Below, in pieces: positions 28,690 through 38,700 of a stretch of 64,000 nucleotides of DNA (its first letter is position 1; each line of letters begins with the position of its first letter). The position numbers and the translations under genes are program-made. The notes under the pieces were generated by a model, which worked only from the letters and a program-made list of their open reading frames with translations, was not told where the DNA came from and did no database searches. The stretch is from an uncultured Acidobacteriota bacterium (GTDB lineage Bacteria > Acidobacteriota > JAQAZP01): NCBI GenBank assembly GCA_963836075.1, contig CAWIIB010000009.1, positions 1,696,001 through 1,760,000 on the forward strand. Reading direction: 5' to 3'.

Positions 28690-29637
28690 CTACACCTCGA
28701 GGAGCGTGTCCGAGCTCTTGATCACGTATTCACTGAAGTCGCGCTGGCCGACGATCTTCCAACCGTCCCACTCGTAGAAGCCCTTGCCGGTCTTCACCCC
28801 CATCTCGTTGTTCTTGAACATCCGGGTCAGGATGGCCGGCGGGTAGTAGCGCGGGTCCTGGGTGGCCATGTACATCGCCACCGCCACGCGATACATGGTG
28901 TCCGAGCCGATGAAGTCGTGGAGCTTGAACACCCCCTGGGGGTGGCCCAGGCTGCCCAGCAGACCCGAGTCGCCGTCCTCCACGGTGATCTCGCCCCGCT
29001 CCAGGGCGCGGTAGGCTTCCAGCATGAAGGGCACCAGGTGCTTGTTGACCCAGAAGCCGGTGACGTCGCTGGCCACGAAGGGGTTCTTGCCCAGGCCGCG
29101 CAGGGCCTCGAGGGTCAGGTCGAGGGCGGCCTTGTCGACCTCGCGGTGCCGTACCACCTCGACGGCCGGCATCTGGTAGACCGGGTTCATGCCGTGGGTG
29201 CCGACAAAGTTGCCCACCCGGCCCGAAGCCACCGCCATGGTGTGCACCGAGAGGGACGAGGTGTTGGTCCAGATCAGGGCATCTGCGGGCAGCGCCGGGC
29301 AGATCTTGTTCAGCACCTGGCATTTGAGGGCCAGGTCCTCGAGGATCACCTCCAGCAGCACGTGGGTGGAACCGAGCTCGGTGAGGAAGTCTTCCTCGCT
29401 GGTGATCACCTTGAAACGGGTGGCCGCCTCGGCGGCGAAGTTCTCGTCCTCGGCGTGGCGTTTCTTGCCGATCCAGCCCAGGGCCTTGCCCAGGGCCTTG
29501 TTTGCCTTTTCACCCGCTTCCGGCGCCACGTCGTATCCCACCACACGGTAGCCCCCCTCCAGCAGGTTGGCCACCCAGTCCACACCCATCTTGCCCAGAC
29601 CGATGACGGCGAATTGCTTTATGTCGGATAATTGCAT
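28690..29637 (-). CDS. 3-hydroxyacyl-CoA dehydrogenase
   Basis: GLGKMG, EVILEDLALK, TNTSSL, GTHGMNP, GVKTGKGFY. Confidence 0.9.
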   Translation of the reverse strand: MQLSDIKQFAVIGLGKMGVDWVANLLEGGYRVVGYDVAPEAGEKANKALGKALGWIGKKRHAEDENFAAEAATRFKVITSEEDFLTELGSTHVLLEVILEDLALKCQVLNKICPALPADALIWTNTSSLSVHTMAVASGRVGNFVGTHGMNPVYQMPAVEVVRHREVDKAALDLTLEALRGLGKNPFVASDVTGFWVNKHLVPFMLEAYRALERGEITVEDGDSGLLGSLGHPQGVFKLHDFIGSDTMYRVAVAMYMATQDPRYYPPAILTRMFKNNEMGVKTGKGFYEWDGWKIVGQRDFSEYVIKSSDTLLEV

Positions 29638-29970
29638 GGCAGTGTCCCTCTCTCTGGTCAGGGCCGCTGGACGGCCCGAAACTCTGGTCAGTGGGGTAAG
29701 CCCTGACTCCTCAAGAGGTTCCGAAGTGGGGCGTGTCGAAATGTCCTCTTCAGCAGCCCGGGCAGGATGACAGAAGTCCTGTCAGCCATGATATACTCTG
29801 CTCACGACAAGTTCAATGTTTCCACCTCGTGCGGGACTGCTCCCACGGGGACATATCCGGCCCTTTCAGACTGAATGTGCCCCCAAAGAGGGATGAGACC
29901 GCACCGGTTGGATTGGTGTGGAACCCGGCCCTCAGAGCCGGGATGTGCCGTGACCCACGGAGAGGTAAAC

Positions 29971-31221
29971 ATGAGTCAGGAGAAGAAGCCCTCGTTGATC
30001 AAAAAGATCGCTGCGTCCGGTCCCATGCGCCAGCTGATGGCCGACTATTTCAAGGAACTGGACGATGCCGCCACCACCGGCAGCGGGAAGGTGGCCTGGT
30101 GCACCAGCGTCGGTCCGGCCGAGCTGCTGCGCTCCTTCGGCTTCAAGGTCTACTTCCCCGAGAACCACGGCGCGGTGCTGGGCTCGTCCCGGATGGCTGC
30201 TGACCTGATCCCCGCGGCCAACGCGGTGGGCTACTCCCCCGACATCTGCTCCTACCTCACTTCAGACGTGGGGTCCTATCTGAAGAAGATGACCCCGCTG
30301 ACCAAGGCCTTCGGCATGGCCGGTGTCCCCAAGGCCGACGTGCTGGTCTACAACACCAACCAGTGCCGCGACGTCCAGGACTGGCTCGCTTTCTACCAGA
30401 AGGAGTGGGATGTGCCGCTGATCGGAATCGACACGCCCCGCGGTGTGGGTGACATTACCGACGACCACCTGAGCAGCCTGATCGGGCTGCACAAGGCGCT
30501 GATCCCCACGCTGGAGGAAGTGTCCGGCGTGAAGTTCGACATCGACCGCCTGCGCGAGGTGGTGGCCTCTTCGTATCGCTGCACCCTGCTCTGGAAAAAG
30601 GTGCTCCGCGCGGCCGAGTCCAAGCCCTCACCCATCACCTTCTTCGACGCCACGATCCACATGGGCCCGGCGGTGGTGCTGCGCGGCGATCCGCGGGCCG
30701 AGGAGTACTACGAGATCCTCATCGCCGAGCTGGAGCAGCGGATCGCCGACGGCGTGGGCGCGGTGGACGATGAGGCCCAGCGGTTCTACTGGGAGGGGAT
30801 GCCGGTCTGGGGCAAGCTCCGCGAACACGCCGAGTTCTTCGGCGGCCAGAAAGCTTGCGTCACCGCGTCCACCTACTGCAACTCCTGGATCTTCGAGCCC
30901 CTGGGACACGACGACCCCTTCGAGGGCATGGCCCGGGCCTACACCGAGCTGTTCATCGTCCGCTCCGAGGTGTTCAAGGAAAAGTATCTCGAGGGGATGA
31001 TCAACGACTACGCCATCGACGGCATCATCTACCACGACTGCAAGACCTGCCCCAACAATACCAACAGCAGCTACGGCATGCCGCTCCGCCTCACTGAAAA
31101 GCTCGGCACTCCGTACGTGGTGATCAACGGCGACCTCAACGACCTGCGCCTCTACTCCGACGAGCAGGCCAAGACCCAGTTCGAGGCGCTGGTGGAGCAG
31201 ATCAAGGAGAAAGCAGTTTAG
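29971..31221 (+). CDS. 2-hydroxyacyl-CoA dehydratase D-component (HGD-D/Bcr-like subunit)
   Basis: PENHGA, DICSY, NQC, DGIIYHDCKTC, C-terminal TQFEALVE. Confidence 0.85.
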   Translation: MSQEKKPSLIKKIAASGPMRQLMADYFKELDDAATTGSGKVAWCTSVGPAELLRSFGFKVYFPENHGAVLGSSRMAADLIPAANAVGYSPDICSYLTSDVGSYLKKMTPLTKAFGMAGVPKADVLVYNTNQCRDVQDWLAFYQKEWDVPLIGIDTPRGVGDITDDHLSSLIGLHKALIPTLEEVSGVKFDIDRLREVVASSYRCTLLWKKVLRAAESKPSPITFFDATIHMGPAVVLRGDPRAEEYYEILIAELEQRIADGVGAVDDEAQRFYWEGMPVWGKLREHAEFFGGQKACVTASTYCNSWIFEPLGHDDPFEGMARAYTELFIVRSEVFKEKYLEGMINDYAIDGIIYHDCKTCPNNTNSSYGMPLRLTEKLGTPYVVINGDLNDLRLYSDEQAKTQFEALVEQIKEKAV

Positions 31222-31230
31222 AGGTCCGGG

Positions 31231-31337
31231 GCCGGGGACGTACATGAATATATGAATTTTTTTCGACCTGGGGTTGGAGAAGAACATAAAATTCATATAT
31301 TCATGTACGTCCCCGGCATCCCGGCATCCCGGCATCC
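31231..31337. repeat. Perfect 30-bp inverted repeat plus three copies of CCCGGCAT
   Basis: GCCGGGGACGTACATGAATATATGAATTTT (31231-31260) pairs exactly with 31288-31317; tandem 8-mer at 31312-31335. Confidence 0.8.
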
Positions 31338-31369
31338 GTCATTCGATGCAGAGGAGACCACACCGGCAC

Positions 31370-32161
31370 ATGACATCCCCCCACTTTTTTTGCGGCGTCG
31401 ACGTCGGCGCCTCGGCCACCAAGCTGGTGCTCATCGACGAGGACAAGAATCCCCTTGCCCGTGTGGCCACACCGTCAGGAGTCGATTACGCCGCCACCGC
31501 CAAGAGCTGTCTCGAACGGGCCATGGCCGAAGCCGGCCTGGTAGACAACCCCGCCCGCACCGTTTCCACCGGCTACGGCCGGCACAACGTCGACTTCGCC
31601 GATGACGCCCTGACCGAGATTCATTGCCATGGCCTGGGGTGCTATCATTTCCTCCCTCACGCCCTCTCGATCATCGATATTGGCGGCCAGGACAACAAGG
31701 TCATCCGGCTGAATGACAGCGGCGGGCGGATCAACTTCAAGATGAACCGGAAGTGCGCGGCGGGCACCGGGGCCTTTATCGAGGAGATCGCTCTCCGTCT
31801 CGACGTGCCGGTGGGCGATATGGACCTGCTGGCCCGCCAGGCGAAAGAAGCGGTGACCCTGAGTAGCTTCTGCACCGTCTTTGCCAAGACCGAGATCCTG
31901 GCCCACCTGCGCAAGGGCGTGCCGGTGGGCGGCATCGTTCGCGGGGCCTTCCGCTCGGTGGTGGACCGGGTGGTGGAGATGGACACCCTTGACGGCGAGG
32001 TGGTGCTCACCGGCGGGGTGGTGGCCTACAACCCCGCGGTGGCCGAGATCCTGGCCGAGAAGATCGGCCGTGACGTTTCCGTCCCGCCCCACCCCCAGTT
32101 CACCGGGGCCATGGGTGCGGCGTTGACGGCGCTGAAGCAGAGCTACGCGGGGTGGTCGTAG
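31370..32161 (+). CDS. Acyl-CoA dehydratase activase (HgdC/BadF-BadG ASKHA ATPase)
   Basis: GVDVGASATK, STGYGR, IDIGGQD, MNRKCAAGTG, FCTVFA, TGGV. Confidence 0.9.
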   Translation: MTSPHFFCGVDVGASATKLVLIDEDKNPLARVATPSGVDYAATAKSCLERAMAEAGLVDNPARTVSTGYGRHNVDFADDALTEIHCHGLGCYHFLPHALSIIDIGGQDNKVIRLNDSGGRINFKMNRKCAAGTGAFIEEIALRLDVPVGDMDLLARQAKEAVTLSSFCTVFAKTEILAHLRKGVPVGGIVRGAFRSVVDRVVEMDTLDGEVVLTGGVVAYNPAVAEILAEKIGRDVSVPPHPQFTGAMGAALTALKQSYAGWS

Positions 32162-32168
32162 GGCCTCT

Positions 32169-32210
32169 GTCATTGCGAGGAGTCAGCTTTGCTGACGACG
32201 AAACAATCTC
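32169..32210. repeat. Short palindromic repeat element (GTCATTGCGAG...CAATCTC type)
   Basis: GTCATTGCGAGGAGTCAGC-TTT-GCTGACGACGAAACAATCTC, intergenic, with an internal hairpin. Confidence 0.5.
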
Positions 32211-32277
32211 GTGAAAGGTACTAACACGAATTAAATACACCAATCCCATTCATACCCCACCACAAGGAGTGACTCCA

Positions 32278-34356
32278 ATGCTCGACGGACTTTTCTATCC
32301 CCGCGGTATCGCCATCATCGGCGCATCGGCCAATCCCTACTCCATCGGGCATATCGTGCTCAAGAACCTTGCGGCCTACGGCTACAAGGGCCCCATCTTT
32401 CCCATCAACCCCAAGACGCCGCAGATCCGGTCGTTCAAGTGCTTCAAGTCGGTGCTGGAAGTGCCGGACGTCATCGACCTGGTGAACATCTCCATTCGTG
32501 CCGACCTGCTGCCATATGTGCTCAAGGAGTGCGGTGAGAAGGGCGTCAAGTTCTGCATCGTGCACAGCGCCGGCTTCAAGGAGGTTGGTGCCGAAGGGAT
32601 CAAGCGCGAGCGGGAGATGGTGGCGCTGGCCCACCATTACGGGATGCGGATCTACGGCCCCAACTCCCAAGGGATCCAGAACAGTGACCCCGAGATCTCG
32701 GTCTATGCCAACTTCACCTTCGTGCCGATGAAGCCGGGCAACATCTCCATCGTGGCCCAGGGCGGCGGCATGGGCGAGATGCTCAAGCTGCACCTGCACA
32801 ACGTGGGGCTGGGCCACCGGATGTATGCCTCGTACGGCAACGAGTGCGACCTCTCCATGCCGGAGATCCTTCGCTACTACGGCGAGGACGAGGGCACCCG
32901 GGTGATCATGATGCAGACCGAGAGCTTCAAGGACCCGCAGATGTTCCTCGACGTGGCCTCGAAGATCACCCCGCACAAGCCGATCCTGGCCATCAAGGCC
33001 GGCCGGACCCGTGAGGGATCGGTGGCCGTCTCCTCGCACACCGGCGCGCTGGTGGACCAGGCAGCGCTGGCCAAGGCGATGTACCGCAAGGCCGGCGTGG
33101 TGCAGTTCACCGATACGCACCAGATGATCAAGACCGCCATCGCCATGTCGACCCAGGAAGCGCCCACCGGAAAGAAGATCGGTTTCATCACCAACACCGG
33201 CGGCCCGGGCATCCAGGCGGTGGACGAGGCGGTGGACCTGGGTCTCGAGCTGGCCAAGTGGAGCGATGCGGGCAGGAAGCGACTGAAGGAAACCCAGTAC
33301 CCCGAGGCCAGCATCGGCAACCCGGTGGACGTGGTGGCCACCGGCGGCCCGGAGCAATACCAGGCGGCCATCGAGACACTGCTGGCGGAAGAAGATGTGG
33401 ACATGGTGCTGGTCTTCTTCGTCACCGCGCCCTTTGTCGACCTCGACGCCATCGCGGCCAAGATCAAGGAAGCCTGTGGCACCTCGAAGAAGCCGGTGGT
33501 GACGGTGATCGAGACCAGCTCCGAGTGGTATGGGTTAATGGACAACCTGCGCGAGGGCGGCATCCCGGTCTACGAGTTCTCCGAAGACGGGGTCCGTGCC
33601 CTGGCCGCCATGAGCCGCTACGCCGAACTGCGGGACCGCAAGAAGCAGAAGCCGCCCACGCTCAAGGTGAATGCGAAGAAGGCGAACGAGATCATCACCC
33701 CGTATCTCGGCAAGGGCAAGTACCTGCCGCAGTTCGAGGCCTTTGAACTGCTCAAGGCTTATGGCATCCCGGTGCCCAGGTACGCCGCGGTGAACGACTC
33801 GAAGGACCTGACCAAGGCGGCGAAGAAGACCGGCTTCCCCTGCGTGCTCAAGGTCGACTCCTCAACGGTGATCCACAAGTCGGACATGGGCGGTGTGGTG
33901 CTCAATATCGCAAACCGCAATGCCCTGGGCAAGGCCTTCAGCGCCATGGACAAGCGCTTCGGCAAGAAACAGGCCACCTACCTGCTGATGGAGCAGAAGC
34001 CGGCCGGCCAGGAGTTGATCATGGGTGCCGCGGCCTCTCCCGGCCTGGGCAGCCTGGTGCTCTTCGGACTCGGTGGCATCCTCGTCGAGGTGATGAAGGA
34101 CGTGGCCACGGCCGTCGCCCCCCTGAGCCGCCCCGAAGCGAAGGAGATGATGCAGGAGATCAAAGGCTTCGAGATCCTCAAGGGCGTCCGCGGTAAGAAG
34201 GGCGTCGACCTCAAGGCTCTTGAAGATGTCCTGCTCCGTGTCTCGCGCCTGGCCGCCGACTTCCCCGAGATCACCGAGATGGATCTCAACCCGGTCTTTG
34301 CCTACCCCAGGGGCAAGGCCCCGGCCGCGGTGGATGTCCGGGTGAAGGTGGGGTAG
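32278..34356 (+). CDS. ADP-forming acetate/acyl-CoA synthetase (fused alpha-beta)
   Basis: IAIIGAS, GPNSQG, phospho-His SSHTGAL, TNTGGPG, NPVDV; ATP-grasp HKSDMGGV, EMDLNP. Confidence 0.9.
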   Translation: MLDGLFYPRGIAIIGASANPYSIGHIVLKNLAAYGYKGPIFPINPKTPQIRSFKCFKSVLEVPDVIDLVNISIRADLLPYVLKECGEKGVKFCIVHSAGFKEVGAEGIKREREMVALAHHYGMRIYGPNSQGIQNSDPEISVYANFTFVPMKPGNISIVAQGGGMGEMLKLHLHNVGLGHRMYASYGNECDLSMPEILRYYGEDEGTRVIMMQTESFKDPQMFLDVASKITPHKPILAIKAGRTREGSVAVSSHTGALVDQAALAKAMYRKAGVVQFTDTHQMIKTAIAMSTQEAPTGKKIGFITNTGGPGIQAVDEAVDLGLELAKWSDAGRKRLKETQYPEASIGNPVDVVATGGPEQYQAAIETLLAEEDVDMVLVFFVTAPFVDLDAIAAKIKEACGTSKKPVVTVIETSSEWYGLMDNLREGGIPVYEFSEDGVRALAAMSRYAELRDRKKQKPPTLKVNAKKANEIITPYLGKGKYLPQFEAFELLKAYGIPVPRYAAVNDSKDLTKAAKKTGFPCVLKVDSSTVIHKSDMGGVVLNIANRNALGKAFSAMDKRFGKKQATYLLMEQKPAGQELIMGAAASPGLGSLVLFGLGGILVEVMKDVATAVAPLSRPEAKEMMQEIKGFEILKGVRGKKGVDLKALEDVLLRVSRLAADFPEITEMDLNPVFAYPRGKAPAAVDVRVKVG

Positions 34357-34360
34357 GGGA

Positions 34361-34471
34361 TTAGCCGGTAAAGACCGAGCCCAGTGCCCGGTCGAAGGTC
34401 ATCACTTTCTTGATGCCGTGACGTTTGCACACCGAGAGGTGCACCAGGTTGCGACCACTGAGTTGGGGGTT
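34361..34471 (-). pseudogene. C-terminal remnant of a PIN-domain (VapC-like) gene
   Basis: Minus frame reads NPQLSGRNLVHLSVCKRHGIKKVMTFDRALGSVFTG*; no start codon or N-terminal part. Confidence 0.5.
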
Positions 34472-34473
34472 TG

Positions 34474-34809
34474 TTACCTGGCCAGGAACAATAGTGTCCC
34501 CACGGCGCCGCGGACCACTGAGATGGAGGAAACGAACAGATAGAACCAGTTCAACTGCGGAAATCCCAAGTAGACGATGGCCATGATGACGGCAATGATG
34601 ATTCCCTGATACGAGTCCGTCTTCTGGATGAGGGAGAGTTCCCGCTCATCCGGTGTGTGTTTCGCCTGAACCAGGACCAGGGCCACGAAAAAGGGGATGA
34701 ACCCGTACGCCACCCCCACGAGTCCGAATCGAGTGCAGGCGTAGTAAGTCCAGATACCGCTGAAAAACTGGATGATGAACATCAGTATGTAATTGCCTCT
34801 CACTTTCAT
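34474..34809 (-). CDS. Small membrane protein with DERE motif, coupled to the HTH regulator
   Basis: About 4 TM segments, PDERE, ATGA overlap with the upstream HTH gene. Confidence 0.65.
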   Translation of the reverse strand: MKVRGNYILMFIIQFFSGIWTYYACTRFGLVGVAYGFIPFFVALVLVQAKHTPDERELSLIQKTDSYQGIIIAVIMAIVYLGFPQLNWFYLFVSSISVVRGAVGTLLFLAR

Positions 34810-35015
34810 CTCTCGTCTCCCTTTACAAAGAAGATGCTCTCCACGCTCGTCTCGAAGTATCGGGCGATCTTGATCGCCGATAACACCGACGGAACGAACT
34901 TGCCACGCTCGATGGAGTGGATGGTCTGACGGCTCAAACCCACCTCCTTGCCAAGCCGCTCCTGGGTAATGTCCCTACGTGCCCGCCACACTTTCAGTTC
35001 ATTTGTTAGTTCCAT
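34806..35015 (-). CDS. Cro/XRE helix-turn-helix transcriptional regulator
   Basis: NELKVWRARRDITQERLGKEVGLSRQTIHSIERGKFVPS...SVESIF. Confidence 0.9.
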   Translation of the reverse strand: MELTNELKVWRARRDITQERLGKEVGLSRQTIHSIERGKFVPSVLSAIKIARYFETSVESIFFVKGDER

Positions 35016-35042
35016 GCTCACCTCACGATTGATGTTATGGCC

Positions 35043-35071
35043 AATGTAAGCCATTGTTGATTAAAAGTCAA
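35043..35071 (-). promoter_or_regulatory. sigma70 promoter of the XRE/membrane protein operon
   Basis: Minus strand TTGACT-N17-TACATT in an AT-rich intergenic region. Confidence 0.6.
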
Positions 35072-35241
35072 GTATGATTTACATAATGTCTCGTATAATT
35101 GTCGGACATATGGAGCATGAATTGGTGGCTGCTCATGGTATCGCCTGCCGCATTGTGATAGAGAAGATGGGAGAATCCTGCTCGTCGCAGTCGGGTGTAA
35201 GGCTGGATGTCGGGCTGATAACTGTTGGGAAAGGCAGGGAA

Positions 35242-37556
35242 GTGGCAAGAAGCAAGGTCAAAGACCGGGGGGATGCGGGCAGAGAACGCCGCAGTTCGAT
35301 GGCACCCTGGTGGTGGCTGCTGGCTGTAGCCGCGGCGGCCGTCCTGCTGCGGCTACTCGAAGTCCACTGGATCTCCGGCCACCCGTTCTTCGCCACGCCG
35401 GTGATCGATGCCTCCGAGTACCAGCAGTGGGCAGTGGAGATCGTTGAGGGCCTGCGGGCCGGTGAGGGCCTGAGGGCGTTCCTCTGGGACGAGGTGCCGA
35501 TCCACGGCCCGGTCTACCCTGCCCTTCTCGCCCTGCTCCACTTGGTCGCCGGTGGCTCGATGTTTGCTGTGCGGGCGCTCCAGGGGGCACTTCTCGGCGT
35601 CGGTCTCTGTGCGACGCTCTACCTGATGACCAACCGGATGTGCCCCCGGTTCGCACCGTGGGCCGGCATACTCGCCGCCGCTCTCTCGGCGACATCTGTT
35701 CCCCTGATCCGCTATGACGTGGAATTGCTGGCCACGTCAACCAGCGGGCTACTCATCGCTCTCGCCGTGCTGGCGCTGACCGTGAAACCGCGGGCGGGGG
35801 AGGACGACCGTCCGCTGCATCCGCCGGGTCCCTCGCCGACGCTCGCGGCAGGCCTGTTCCTCGGCCTGGCCGCGCTGACCCGCCCCAACGCGCTGCTCTG
35901 TCTTCCCTTTCTCGCGGCCTGGATCGTCTGGGCGGCATGGCGCGAACGGTCCGCCGTTGCGGGGATCGGTGGCGGTGCGAAGTCAATGGGGGCGTTCCGG
36001 TCCCTGGTCCCGGCGCTTCTCCTTCTCGCCTCGGCCTCGGTCACGGTGCTGCCGGCGATGCTCTGGAACGCCCACCTGGGGAGCGGCAGGCTGACCATGA
36101 TCCAGGCCAACAGCGGCCTCAACCTCTATATGGGCAACAGCCCCATAGCTACCGGGGTGCCGATCATCAGCCAGGGGACGGACTGGATCCGTCTGCTGCA
36201 CGCACCGCGCATCGGGGCCGGGGCAAAGAACCCGGCCGAAGAGGATGCCTACCACATCGCCAGGGTGAAGGCGTTCATCCGCTCGTCGCCGGGGCAGTGG
36301 CTGAAGCTGCTCTTGCGCAAGGCCGGCCTGCTGCTCCACGGCGGGGAAGTTCGCGGGGGCATCTGGGCCGCCGGCTACCCCGGAGACCCGCTGGGCCGTT
36401 TCCCGCTGCCCCGTTTCGGCTGGATCCTGCCGCTGGCCCTGGCCGGGCTGTTCGCGGCCGCTCGCGGGAGGCGGCTGGCCTCGCCCGCATCGGTGATGCT
36501 CGGTGCCTACGGCCTGACCCTGGTGGCGACGATGATGGGGGAGCGCTACCGGCTCCCGGCATTGCCGCTGCTCATGCCCTACGCTGCGTTCGCGGTGATG
36601 CTTCTCGGTCGCCGGCTGCTGGGGCGCGAGGGCGAGCAGGCCCGGCGGCGGGCACTGGTCATCGGGCTGCCCGTGCTGACCGCGATCTACCTGCTGATCA
36701 ACGTCCCGATATTCAATGTCCGGCCGCCGGATCCTGCCGAGGGTCACTACCTGCTGAGCCACGTCCATTACAAGAACGGCGACTTCGAGCTGGCGCTCGC
36801 CGAGGCCGAAGACGCGGTTGAGTACCGATAGTACCGTACGCCCTGGGCTGGTACCACCTCGCGCTCTGCCTGCAGCGGACCAGTTCCGGGGCGGGCCGAG
36901 GTCCTGCTGCCGGCCGGATCGAGGCGGCCTACCGCCGGGCCGTCGACCTGGCCCCGGATTACGCCGAGGCCATGGAGAACCTGGGCACCCTTCTGTTCCA
37001 GCAGGGCCGGCCCGCGGATGCGGCTTCCTGGTTCCGGCGCGCAGCCGGAGTCCGGCCGTTCCGGCCGCAACCGCATCACGCGCTCGGCGTCCTGGCCGAG
37101 CACGGGGGGGACGGCCGCCGCTTCTCCGCCGGCTGGGATGCCGTGGCGGCCGAGGGCCATTTCCGGAAAGCGGCGGAACTCGATCCTGGCTGGCCCGCTC
37201 CCCGCTTCGACCTGGGGGTGGTCCTCAGCCGGACCGGCCGCCACGCTGAAGCGACCGAGCAGTACCGGCAGGTCCTGGCCATGGATGACGGTCACTACCA
37301 GGCCTGGTTCTACCTGGCGCTGGCGCTGGAGCAGACCGGGGATTTGCAGGACGCGATCGGTGCCATGGACTACTGCCTGCGCCTTCGGCCCCGCGACCCT
37401 GAGGCCTGGTTTCATGCCGGGCGGCTGGCCGAGGCGAGTGGCGACCCTGCTGCGGCCCGGGAGCGCTACCGGCAGGCGCTGGAGTTGAATCCCGAGCACC
37501 GCTGGGCCGCGCAGCGGCTCGAGCGCCTGCGCAAGGTCAGTTCGCCTCCCCGATAG
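35242..37556 (+). CDS. GT39/ArnT-like (PMT_2) membrane glycosyltransferase with C-terminal TPRs, frameshift near 36825
   Basis: DASEY, PVYP, LTRPN, NLYMGN, ERYRLP in 35074..36831; TPRs continue in another frame (YALGWYHL...to 37556); start position uncertain. Confidence 0.72.
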
Positions 37557-37779
37557 ACCTGGAGGTCGAAGGCGGACCGACCTCGGCCGCGGTGGATATC
37601 AGGGTGAATGTGGGGTAGTGGCTTTTCGAGAGAGATTGCCACGTCGACGACCAAGGTCGTCTCCCCGCAACGACCATGGGGAACAGCCCCACCTGCCCCA
37701 GCTCCCAGAACTTTCCCCTCTCTCCATCCGTCAGAGTACCGTCCGGCCGATTTCAAACTCATGAGGATGGGACTCGCCA

Positions 37780-38700
37780 ATGCTCAAAATCAGTCAGCTG
37801 GTGAAGGTGTACCCCGGTCCGGTGGCCGCTCTGCAGGGGATCGATCTGGAGCTTGCCAGTGGCATGTTCGGGCTACTGGGCCCCAACGGGGCGGGCAAGT
37901 CCACCCTGATGAAGATCGTGGCCGGTATCCTCGAGCCGACGTCGGGCGAGGTCTGGCTTGACGGGGTCAACGTTACTGCCAAACCGCAGCATGTTTGGGA
38001 AAGGCTGGGGTATCTGCCCCAGGATTTCGGTTTCTACCCCCAGCTCACCGGCCGGGCCATGCTGGCCCACCTGCTGCGGCTCAAGGGGGTGCGCGCTCCC
38101 GGCGGGGAGAAGAAACTGTGCAACGAACTGCTGGAGCGGGTCAACCTCGGTCACGCCGCGGGCCGCAAGGTGGGCGGTTACTCCGGCGGGATGCTGCAGC
38201 GGCTGGGCATCGCCCAGGCCGTGGCCGGCGACCCGAAGATCCTGGTGGTGGATGAACCCACCGCCGGTCTCGACCCTGAAGAGCGGCTCCGTTTCTATCG
38301 CATCCTGGCCGATCTGGCAGAGAACCGGGTGGTGCTCCTCTCCACGCACATCGTGGAGGACGTCGCGGTTCTCTGCCCCCAGTTTGCCATCATCCACCAG
38401 GGCAAGCTGCTGACCCGCACCACACCGGTGTCGGCCCGCGCCGGCGTTGCAGGAACGATATACCAGGGTGACGTCGAATCCGGTGAGCTGGAAGAGCTGC
38501 AGCGGCAAAACACGGTGATCCACTGCCTGCTCTTCGAGGGCCGCAACCGGGTGCGTATCCACCAGCCCCAGGGCGAGCCGCCTGCCAGCTTTACTGCTGT
38601 CGAGGCCACACTGGAAGACGCTTACGTCGCCGCTGTGCGCAACGGGGCCACGGTGCCACCCGAAATGGCCGACAGTTTGAACAGTGAGGCCGGGACATGA
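37780..38700 (+). CDS. ABC transporter ATP-binding protein
   Basis: GPNGAGKST, YSGGM, VVDEPTAGLDPEER, STH. Confidence 0.92.
   Translation: MLKISQLVKVYPGPVAALQGIDLELASGMFGLLGPNGAGKSTLMKIVAGILEPTSGEVWLDGVNVTAKPQHVWERLGYLPQDFGFYPQLTGRAMLAHLLRLKGVRAPGGEKKLCNELLERVNLGHAAGRKVGGYSGGMLQRLGIAQAVAGDPKILVVDEPTAGLDPEERLRFYRILADLAENRVVLLSTHIVEDVAVLCPQFAIIHQGKLLTRTTPVSARAGVAGTIYQGDVESGELEELQRQNTVIHCLLFEGRNRVRIHQPQGEPPASFTAVEATLEDAYVAAVRNGATVPPEMADSLNSEAGT

Noticed and set aside
25138-31337. CRISPR array or IS ends at the palindromes
   Set aside because: No regularly spaced direct repeats with spacers, and no cas or transposase gene in the window
29971-32161. Benzoyl-CoA reductase (aromatic degradation)
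   Set aside because: Only two of the four expected subunit types and no recognisable ring-cleavage genes; family-level call only
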